Assembly (NCBI GenBank): GCA_027053075.1 | Contig: JALUEE010000085.1 | Span: 1-34,014, forward strand | DNA length: 34,014 nucleotides | Reading direction: 5' to 3' | Origin: a candidate division WOR-3 bacterium | GTDB lineage: Bacteria > Hydrothermota > Hydrothermia > B15-G9 > WFZT01 | Shown here: piece after piece, positions 26,978 to 34,014 of the stretch | Layout: each line of letters starts with the position of its first letter | How positions within the stretch are numbered: position 1 is the stretch's first letter | Notes under the pieces: generated by a model | Seen by the model: the letters and a program-made list of their open reading frames with translations, nothing else | Told to the model about the DNA's origin: nothing | Databases searched by the model: none | Position numbers and translations under genes: made by a program

Positions 26978-28762
26978 ATGAAGAAGTTGGTAGGTGTATT
27001 GGCAGCCCTCCTTCTGGTGGGTTCTCTGGCTGCAGGAGACGGGGATAATGTTTTCCGTCTCGCAACAACAGATCTGCAGAATGATGCGCTCTTTGCAGAC
27101 AGTGTGTATAACGAGTATCAGAGATCCATGGTAGTTGGTAGTGATCTTGACCAGGACGGAATGAAGGAGATTATCATAACAGATTACAGAACAGTGAGTG
27201 ATTCTCAGCACGGTAGAATCATAGTTTATGAGGTATCCGGTGACAACACGCTACGTCAGGCATGGGTTTACAACATGCCCTCTAATGGTTATTACTCCAA
27301 TGTTAGAAGTGTTGCCACAGGAGATCTTGATGGCAATGGCAGAGGAGAAATCATTGTTGCAGTGACAGGTGGCTCCGGTGACACTTCAGCTGCACATGTT
27401 GGCGTATGGGTCTTTGAGTGGGATGGAGTTTCCGGAAGTGACAACTATCAGCTCGTTGCGCAGATTAATGATTTTGCCACCTATGTTGATTCAACAGGAC
27501 AGGTTGTTTATCCCGATAGGTACAGATGTGAAGATATGGCTGTCGGAGATTTCGACAATGACGGAAAAGATGAGGTTCTCTGGGTGAATAACGGTGGTAC
27601 AGCATTCGATAACGCATACATATTCTCTATCGATGGAGAATTTTCTACCGGATTCTATTCAACCGTAGTTGAAACAGTCTTTAAACGTACCGAACTTGGT
27701 TTCGGTGGAAGTACAGCATCAGGATTTGGACCTGTTGATCTTGATGGCGATGGCAATCCTGAAGGTGTCATTACCATATGGAACCATGTGGGAGTTCAGA
27801 TATTCGAATCCGATGCCCCTGATCACTATGTTCTGAAATATCACGCAGAGGGACTTGATCCTGAAGACAGATATCCTTATGCAAAATCGGTTGGTGCATA
27901 TGACCTTAATGGTGATGGAGTAAAAGAACTTGTTATTGGTGCCCTCTTAAGAGGTAGAGTTCACATTCTCGAGCCGGTAGGTGGAGATGTGGACTCCATG
28001 GCACATTATATGCCTGAATGGACAGTTATTGACACTGACACGACAGGAGCAGTTGATACAACAGCATTATTCAGAGTCTATGGAATGAAGGCAGGTGACC
28101 CTGATCACGGACCTGGTCATGACAATGGAGACATCGTTTTGAGTGACCTGAACAAGCATATCTATGATATCGAGTACAACGGTGGTGACTTTGGAGATAC
28201 TGCCAGCTACACCGTGTATGACATTTATGATGTATTCCCAGCAGACACATTCATCACAACCGATTCTACAGGTGCCCCGGATACAACAGTATGCAGTTTC
28301 TATCCTGGTCCTACACTTGCACTTGGCAATGACCTCGACGGTGATGGTGCAAATGAAATACTTTATGGAACGTACGTTGGTCATCGTCCTCCTGATTCCT
28401 TCACAGTGCAGACCGGATTCCTCAATGTACTCGAGTTCAATGGTCTCGGCGTGAGCGAGGGCTGGAAGATTGTTGGTAACAAGCCCGTGGTGCTTTACCA
28501 GAACATGCCTAATCCGTTTGTAAACCATACTGCCATCAGATTTGCTGTCAGGAAAGCAGGTAATGTAGAAATTGCAGTCTTTGATCTCACAGGAAGAAAG
28601 GTTAAAGAACTCGCTAATAGAAGATTTGCTGCAGGAACATACTCTGTGAGCTGGAATGGTAGAAGCGAAAGCGGATCTGTCCTTCCTGCCGGTGTTTACT
28701 TCTACACCATCAAGTACAATGGAACGACTCAAACGACAAGAAAGCTCGTGATTTCGAGATAA
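26978..28762 (+). CDS. FG-GAP/VCBS-repeat beta-propeller protein with FlgD-like T9SS CTD
   Basis: Six clear D(L/F)(D/N)x(D/N)GxxE loops plus one degenerate. CTD QNMPNPF..FDLTGRKV..WNGRSESG..GVYFY. ATG 26978 follows AGGAGGT. Confidence 0.9.
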   Translation: MKKLVGVLAALLLVGSLAAGDGDNVFRLATTDLQNDALFADSVYNEYQRSMVVGSDLDQDGMKEIIITDYRTVSDSQHGRIIVYEVSGDNTLRQAWVYNMPSNGYYSNVRSVATGDLDGNGRGEIIVAVTGGSGDTSAAHVGVWVFEWDGVSGSDNYQLVAQINDFATYVDSTGQVVYPDRYRCEDMAVGDFDNDGKDEVLWVNNGGTAFDNAYIFSIDGEFSTGFYSTVVETVFKRTELGFGGSTASGFGPVDLDGDGNPEGVITIWNHVGVQIFESDAPDHYVLKYHAEGLDPEDRYPYAKSVGAYDLNGDGVKELVIGALLRGRVHILEPVGGDVDSMAHYMPEWTVIDTDTTGAVDTTALFRVYGMKAGDPDHGPGHDNGDIVLSDLNKHIYDIEYNGGDFGDTASYTVYDIYDVFPADTFITTDSTGAPDTTVCSFYPGPTLALGNDLDGDGANEILYGTYVGHRPPDSFTVQTGFLNVLEFNGLGVSEGWKIVGNKPVVLYQNMPNPFVNHTAIRFAVRKAGNVEIAVFDLTGRKVKELANRRFAAGTYSVSWNGRSESGSVLPAGVYFYTIKYNGTTQTTRKLVISR

Positions 28763-28784
28763 TAGGGATTTTGATGAAAGTTTT

Positions 28785-28818
28785 TGGCGGCGCGCACTTC
28801 GTGCGCGCCGCCATTTTT
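28785..28818 (+). terminator. Intrinsic terminator built on the repeat-family hairpin
   Basis: TGGCGGCGCGCAC-TTC-GTGCGCGCCGCCA followed by TTTTT, 22 nt after the stop. Confidence 0.8.
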
Positions 28819-29147
28819 ATTTACTAAAGCCAAAATTTATCCCCACAACTCCCCTACACGTTTTGGACCCTTACGAAGAGAAGATTGAGGGATAACATCT
28901 TAATTTTTATCCCAAAATCCATCAGTCTCCACCTTTCACGCTTCGGAAAAAAATGTGTTGAGGGCATATATCTTGCTTCGCAAGCGGAGAAGAGTAAAAT
29001 GCTGTACTCAAATTTAACATGTGCGGCGAATTTTTGTCGCAATATTGCGAATTTTTAAATTTGGATGTCAAGGTAGTGGTACGCGTAAAATGATTGAATA
29101 TCAATGGTTTTGGGAGATAGTGTCAAAGTTGAGTATAAAATAGAAAA

Positions 29148-29201
29148 CCTCTCCCCGCATACATTTTTGCGGGGAGAGGATCAAGGTGAGGGGTTACATC
29201 T
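29148..29201. repeat. Palindromic repeat unit (inverted orientation)
   Basis: CCTCTCCCCGCA..TGCGGGGAGAGG, then GTGAGGGGTTACATCT (29186-29201), the exact reverse complement of 1145-1160. Confidence 0.85.
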
Positions 29202-29410
29202 GATATTTTTAATCAAAATTCACCGTAAATCCCTCTCCAGTTCTACAGTAGAAGGAGCTTTCAGATTTCTAAGATTTTCAGGGAGGAAGTGCAACTCGCA
29301 CTTCCAGCCTTATTAGACAAAAATTTTATTCCGCAAATCAAAATTTCTGCTCCAATTCCAGTGGCCCGCACATATTATCCAAAAATTTAAGAATCCTAAT
29401 CACTCCCATC

Positions 29411-30673
29411 TCACCCCTCCGGCTCGTTGTAAACTTTTTCTTCCGTGGCGTCTGCCTCCGGAGCATCCATTTCCACGTCTCTGCCTTCAACCCCCTTATC
29501 TAAAAATTCTTTGTAAAATTCATGCTGAATCACAAGGTTCATTATCTCGTTCGTGCCTGTCCAGATGGTTATGAGCCTCACATCCCTCAACATTTTCTCA
29601 ATAGGATAAACATTTGTATATCCAATTCCGCCCATGATCTGCATGGCATGGTTGACCACTTCCCATGCCATTTCGGTGGAGAATTTCTTGGCCTCTGAAA
29701 CAAGACGTCTCACCTTCCCGGGAGGAATCTTTCCGCTGTCTATTGCAACTCCCACGGCCCTGTTTAATGCCCTTGCAGCATCGATGAGTGTCAAACTCTC
29801 AGCTATCTTGAAACTGACACCCTCAAATCTCCTGATTTTACGGCCAAATGCATATCTTTTGTCGGCATATTTTGCCGCCACCTCGAAGGCTGCCCTTGCC
29901 ATTCCGACTGCACCGCCGGCAGAAGTCATTCTCTCTGGTATCATCATCTGGTGAAAAACTGCAGTTCCATTGCCAATTCCAGCCTCTCCACCGAGAACAT
30001 TCTCAATGGGTACCTCTACATTTCTGAAAACGATTCTGCCAGTTCCGCCACCACGAGTGCCCATCAGACCATAAACATGGTGCACCTCCACGCCCGGGCC
30101 CCGCTCCACAAGAAATGCCGTCATTGCTCTCTTGGGGTCTTCAATGCCTTCAACTTTCCCATAAATCAAAAACAAATCAGCGCCCTCAGCTCCGACTACG
30201 AACCTTTTCTGTCCGTTGATTATGAATTTGTTTCCTACCCGCTTCGCCTTCGTAGTGGCTGCAAAGAAGTCTGAACCTCCTCGCGGTTCCGTGAGCCCCT
30301 CTGCCACCGTCAATTTCCCGGCAATCATGGGCTTTAAGTACTTTTCCTTTTGCTCTTCTGTTCCAAAAACATGTATTGCTTCACCAACAATTGAAACGAG
30401 TGAGTAAAGGCAGGCAAGCGAAGTTCCAAGCACACCAACTTCTTCAAGGGCCACAAGCTCAGATGTCCAGGGCATTCCCGCACCTCCCCATTTGGGGTCA
30501 AATCTGAGTCCAAGCAATCCCCTTCTGCCGGCTTCTTCAAGAAATTCGCGCGGATACCTGACCTTTTCGGCGTCCATGTCCAGCAAAAGTTGCCTCGGAA
30601 TAGAAGAAACGAAGTCAATAACTCTTTTCTTTAGCTCTTTCTCTTCTTTGGTTAGCATTGCTTCTGTTGACAT
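29411..30673 (-). CDS. Acyl-CoA dehydrogenase
   Basis: [50 protein letters not shown]. The catalytic Glu is probably at the IVD/LCAD-type position (PER), since IWTG replaces IYEG. Confidence 0.93.
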   Translation of the reverse strand: MSTEAMLTKEEKELKKRVIDFVSSIPRQLLLDMDAEKVRYPREFLEEAGRRGLLGLRFDPKWGGAGMPWTSELVALEEVGVLGTSLACLYSLVSIVGEAIHVFGTEEQKEKYLKPMIAGKLTVAEGLTEPRGGSDFFAATTKAKRVGNKFIINGQKRFVVGAEGADLFLIYGKVEGIEDPKRAMTAFLVERGPGVEVHHVYGLMGTRGGGTGRIVFRNVEVPIENVLGGEAGIGNGTAVFHQMMIPERMTSAGGAVGMARAAFEVAAKYADKRYAFGRKIRRFEGVSFKIAESLTLIDAARALNRAVGVAIDSGKIPPGKVRRLVSEAKKFSTEMAWEVVNHAMQIMGGIGYTNVYPIEKMLRDVRLITIWTGTNEIMNLVIQHEFYKEFLDKGVEGRDVEMDAPEADATEEKVYNEPEG

Positions 30674-30685
30674 ATCTCGTGCCTC

Positions 30686-32257
30686 CTATAAGTTTGAGTA
30701 TTTCTGTTTTAAAATTGCTTTATTTAATTTGCCCGCGCTCGTTAGAGGAATTTCATCCACAAAGATGAATTTGTCTGGAATCCAGAATTTCGCGATTTTA
30801 CCCTCTTTTACCGAATTCATCATATAATTTCGCAGCTCAGTCTCTGAAATTTCAGACCTGGCTTGAATCACGGCAAGAGGCCTCTGACCCCACCTTTCGT
30901 CATACATTGGAATCACAGCAACGTGTTCAACGGCAGGATGCTCTGATAAAACTGCCTCGAGAATGCCTGTAGGAATCCACTCACCACCGCTTTTCACAGC
31001 ATATCCCTCTCTTCCGGCAACGTAAAGGAGTCCATTGGGATAGAAAAACGCCAGGTCGCCAGTTCTAAACCATCCATCTTTGTAAGCCTCGGCCGAAAGC
31101 TCTGGTGCCTTGTAATATCCCATTGGCAACCAGGGGCTTTTTACCCACAGTGTACCTATGGTTTTCCCGTCGTGTGGAACCTCATTTCCATCGTCATCCC
31201 TGATTGAAGCCTCCACCATGGGAAGTAGCTTCATCCCTTTTCTTAGCCACTCAGTTGCTTCCTCACTGCTCTCAGAAATGCCAGATGGTACAACGGAAAT
31301 CGCTGTCCCAAGCTGGTCAGAGCCACCATAAATCAGACTGAATTTAACACCTCTCTTTACCGCCTGTGTGGCAAGACCGGATGTCAGTGGACTCCCGCCT
31401 GTCAATACCTTTACGTTTCCAAATTCAGGTTCATTTAAAAGCATGTGTAGTTGTGTTGGCACCATATTAAGCCATGTGACGCCTTCATTCTTGATTAATT
31501 TCACCTGCTCGGCCGGTGTGGCTGCCCCGGGTAAAACAAGTTTCGTCCCTACGTATGCCGGGAAGAAGGCAACACCCCAGGCATGAATATGAAAGAAAGG
31601 AATGAGCGGCATGATCACGTCTTCATTAGAAACCTTCGCTCCTGTTCTGTGCAGAGAAAGATGGTGAAATAGCTGAAGTGCACCAATTAGTATATTTTTG
31701 TGTGAGTACATTATTCCCTTGGGCCTTCCTGTGGTTCCTGTGGTATAAAATATGGAAAATGCGTCATCCTCGTGAACTTTTTCAGCTTCTTCAAGTTCCC
31801 TTTCTTTCCCCTGTTCTACCAGTTTTTCATAGTGATAAACATTTTTAGCAGGGAATGTTGCTTCAGGATTGTCCGTCATTAAGACCCAGTTCTCGAACTT
31901 ATCCGCCACCTGAGAGATGGCTTTTGCAAAGATATCAGAAACGAATACCCATTTGTCTTCAGCGTGGAGCATTGTATAAACAAGCTGATCTGGGGGAAGT
32001 CTAAAATTTATAGTGTGGATTACTGCTCCAAGCATTGAAAGAGCATAATGTAGCTCAAAATACCGGTGTGTATTGACATCTAAGACACCTACTACTGTGC
32101 CTTTTTTCACCCCGAGTTCTTTCAGGCTGTTAGCCAGCCTTAGAACTCTCGAATACAATTCAGAGTAGGTCAGTCTCGTATTTCCCGAGACTACCTCCTT
32201 ATCACCATCGGTTATGAGAGTTTTTCTCATAACCTCATGCACGATATACTCCCTCAT
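30686..32257 (-). CDS. Fatty-acid/acyl-CoA ligase (AMP-binding family)
   Basis: YTTGTTGRPKG, GWFRTGD, KSGGEWI, ERWGQRP, PLTSAGK. ATG 32257 follows GAGGAGGT. Confidence 0.92.
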   Translation of the reverse strand: MREYIVHEVMRKTLITDGDKEVVSGNTRLTYSELYSRVLRLANSLKELGVKKGTVVGVLDVNTHRYFELHYALSMLGAVIHTINFRLPPDQLVYTMLHAEDKWVFVSDIFAKAISQVADKFENWVLMTDNPEATFPAKNVYHYEKLVEQGKERELEEAEKVHEDDAFSIFYTTGTTGRPKGIMYSHKNILIGALQLFHHLSLHRTGAKVSNEDVIMPLIPFFHIHAWGVAFFPAYVGTKLVLPGAATPAEQVKLIKNEGVTWLNMVPTQLHMLLNEPEFGNVKVLTGGSPLTSGLATQAVKRGVKFSLIYGGSDQLGTAISVVPSGISESSEEATEWLRKGMKLLPMVEASIRDDDGNEVPHDGKTIGTLWVKSPWLPMGYYKAPELSAEAYKDGWFRTGDLAFFYPNGLLYVAGREGYAVKSGGEWIPTGILEAVLSEHPAVEHVAVIPMYDERWGQRPLAVIQARSEISETELRNYMMNSVKEGKIAKFWIPDKFIFVDEIPLTSAGKLNKAILKQKYSNL

Positions 32258-32282
32258 GACTACCTCCTCGTTGTGAATGAGC

Positions 32283-32870
32283 TCAGTTAAAAGGTTTGCC
32301 TTTGTTCCAGAGTTTATCAAAATAATTTGTAAATTGAAGGGCAAGGTTTCTTGACTTGACAAGAACGTTTGTTTCGTGATTCTTTGTTAAACTGTAATAC
32401 GACCAGTTTGTTGAGCCCACAAGAACATCAGTTGTGTCAATGATAAGAAGCTTGGCATGGGTGGTTTGCCCATTTACATCCCTTCTTACCATAATTCCAC
32501 TAAATCTCAAAAAATCTGCCGTTCTCCTCACTTTTCGTGTGAATTTAGGACCAAGATAGCGCTCTCCACCTTCCATTATGACCCTAACGCGAACACCTCG
32601 CTTTCGGGCTTTTATTAACTCATTTAAAAGTCTGTTCGACGGCCCATTTCTTCCGGGGTAATACACCAGCTCAAACATGATTAAATCAATGGATTTTCGG
32701 GCATTCTCGATTTCTTTTCCTGCCACTTTAAAGTAATCAGTGTCAACGACCATTCTGACCGAACAGTCACTATAGGACAGATTTCGAGGCTTCCCAATTT
32801 TGCCGGCAATGATGAAGAGTAGAGCGAACGCAAGCAGGATTAGTGAGAAAGATAAGAGATACTTCTTCAT
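32283..32870 (-). CDS. Phospholipase D-like protein with a single HKD motif, N-terminally anchored
   Basis: ARKRGVRVRVI, HAKLLIID..VGSTNWS..NHE. Hydrophobic N-terminus. Confidence 0.9.
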   Translation of the reverse strand: MKKYLLSFSLILLAFALLFIIAGKIGKPRNLSYSDCSVRMVVDTDYFKVAGKEIENARKSIDLIMFELVYYPGRNGPSNRLLNELIKARKRGVRVRVIMEGGERYLGPKFTRKVRRTADFLRFSGIMVRRDVNGQTTHAKLLIIDTTDVLVGSTNWSYYSLTKNHETNVLVKSRNLALQFTNYFDKLWNKGKPFN

Positions 32871-33832
32871 TTAGAAGATTTTTTCTTTAAATCACCAAGA
32901 TTCAGGATTGTTCCCTGGTCGGAGACGATGACGCTGATTTTGTCGGAGATTTTGTCCACGTAGAGGTATTTGATGTATTCTGGATACTCCTTGAGTTTTT
33001 TGGAAACAATTTCAATTGCCCTCGCCTTTCCTTCGGCTTCTATTTTCTTCCTCTCGGCCTCCATTTTTTCCTTCTGTAAAACGTACTTCATTCTTTCGGC
33101 TTCCTGCTGGGCAATTTGTTTTTCCTCAACTGCCTTTGCAAAATCAGGAGTGAAGTGGACATCCCTCAAGATTATGTCTTCGATAATAAATCCGTCTGGC
33201 TCAAGCAATTTTTTCACTCTCTTTAAAATTTCACCCTGAATTTCGCGCCTTTTGGCAGAATAAACATCCATTATGGGGTATTCTGAAATGACATGTCTTA
33301 CCACTGACCTGATGGCTGGCCTGATAACTTTTTCATCGTAATCAGGCCCAATAAGCCTGTGAACCTTGATAAGACTATCAGGATTTATCCTGTACCAGGC
33401 AGTAAGGTCAATTCCAACCTGAAGTCCCTCTTTTGTAGGAGACCACAGGGAATCGTCTATATTGGGCCGTTTCCCCTCCCCCTTGCGTGCTGACATCGTG
33501 TATTCCTGACGCCTCATATCATAAATGTAGGTTTTGTAAACAAAGGGCAATACTATTGCCATTCCTTCACCGGAAACTGAGAATTTTTTTGTGATAACGT
33601 TGAATTTCACCATTGCATGTCCTACTGGAATAACCCTGATACTGACCACGAGAATCAGGGCAATAAGCAATACAACAATGGGAAGAATGGCACGAGGGCC
33701 CAGATAAACCTTCCTCGCGGTGAACACCTGTCCTGCTTTTTCTACTACAACGATCTTGGTGGATGTGTGATAAATCCAGTATCCAACCCCAATGAGAATT
33801 AGGATTATCAATCCCGCAACAATTGAACTCAT
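32867..33832 (-). CDS. SPFH/prohibitin-family membrane protein
   Basis: Two N-terminal TM segments, TKEGLQVGIDLT, VIRPAIRSVVR, AVEEKQIAQQEAER. ATG 33832 chosen from promoter geometry. Confidence 0.9.
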   Translation of the reverse strand: MSSIVAGLIILILIGVGYWIYHTSTKIVVVEKAGQVFTARKVYLGPRAILPIVVLLIALILVVSIRVIPVGHAMVKFNVITKKFSVSGEGMAIVLPFVYKTYIYDMRRQEYTMSARKGEGKRPNIDDSLWSPTKEGLQVGIDLTAWYRINPDSLIKVHRLIGPDYDEKVIRPAIRSVVRHVISEYPIMDVYSAKRREIQGEILKRVKKLLEPDGFIIEDIILRDVHFTPDFAKAVEEKQIAQQEAERMKYVLQKEKMEAERKKIEAEGKARAIEIVSKKLKEYPEYIKYLYVDKISDKISVIVSDQGTILNLGDLKKKSSK

Positions 33833-33839
33833 GTTAGAT

Positions 33840-33868
33840 ATTGTATGACCGATACTTATATCTGTCAA
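33840..33868 (-). promoter_or_regulatory. Sigma70 promoter giving a probably leaderless SPFH mRNA
   Basis: TTGACA (33868-33863), 17 nt, TACAAT (33845-33840), 7 nt, ATG. No SD. Confidence 0.72.
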
Positions 33869-33906
33869 ATTTACTCGAGCTTGTTCGAAAATTCCCCTCT
33901 CCTCTC

Positions 33907-34014
33907 CTGACGTCACCCACGAATTTCTGGAAAATAACACCTCATCCCTTACCACGACTACAAAAAGGTGTACTACGCTCAATATTTGAACACTCTCTTT
34001 ATACGGTATAAACG
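33907..34014 (-). mobile_element. Probable right end of a second copy of the IS4-family element (runs off the window)
   Basis: CTGACGTCACCCACGAATTTCTGGAAAA at 33907-33934 matches the inverted repeat at 877-903. The internal sequence differs from 840-876, so this is the other end of the element. Confidence 0.72.

Noticed and set aside
28067..28732. 221 aa antisense ORF
   Set aside because: Shadow of the well-supported FG-GAP gene, with no motifs or RBS. The same applies to the other short ORFs overlapping called genes.
28820..29410. ncRNA or tRNA in the convergent intergenic gap
   Set aside because: No cloverleaf or known RNA motif. The hairpins seen are mostly explained by repeat remnants.
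32258..32362. Longer start for the acyl-CoA ligase (and similarly 26939 for FG-GAP, 12077 for the SecB-like gene)
   Set aside because: Strong SD sequences precede the downstream ATGs, and the ligase extension overlaps the PLD gene.
33833..33982. 50 aa N-terminal extension of the SPFH ORF
   Set aside because: It spans the IS inverted repeat and the gene's own promoter, so ATG 33832 is the better start.

Overview
Bacterial window with canonical TTGACA/TATAAT-type promoters, strong GGAGG Shine-Dalgarno sites, T9SS-type C-terminal sorting domains and a PorV/PorQ-like gene. This points to an FCB-group organism outside Bacteroidota (WOR-3/Hydrothermae-like; inference only). Both ends lie in copies of one IS4-family element, and the left copy appears to be interrupted by an IS630 element. 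Gene order: znuACB-like metal ABC transporter; SHOCT-tailed membrane protein-ccmA-ccmB; thiD-hypothetical-M23 peptidase (T9SS)-lysA; hicA-hicB-SecB-like toxin-antitoxin-chaperone module; methylmalonyl-CoA mutase large subunit-mce-divergent aconitase-family large subunit; GH18 (T9SS)-lipoprotein-TonB-dependent receptor-1012 aa CTD protein-PorV/PorQ-FG-GAP (T9SS) cluster; SPFH-PLD-acyl-CoA ligase-acyl-CoA dehydrogenase. Intergenic regions are filled with a pyrimidine/purine-asymmetric palindromic repeat family, one copy of which is translated in frame inside a gene. Most notable: a candidate chaperone-addiction tail of HicB sitting in the -1 frame, a SusD-less TBDR/T9SS/PorV cassette, strong enrichment of the D-(S/T)-(A/I/L/V/M/T) O-glycosylation sequon in exported proteins, and IS ends abutting the repeats. 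All calls come from reading motifs by eye; no database search was run.
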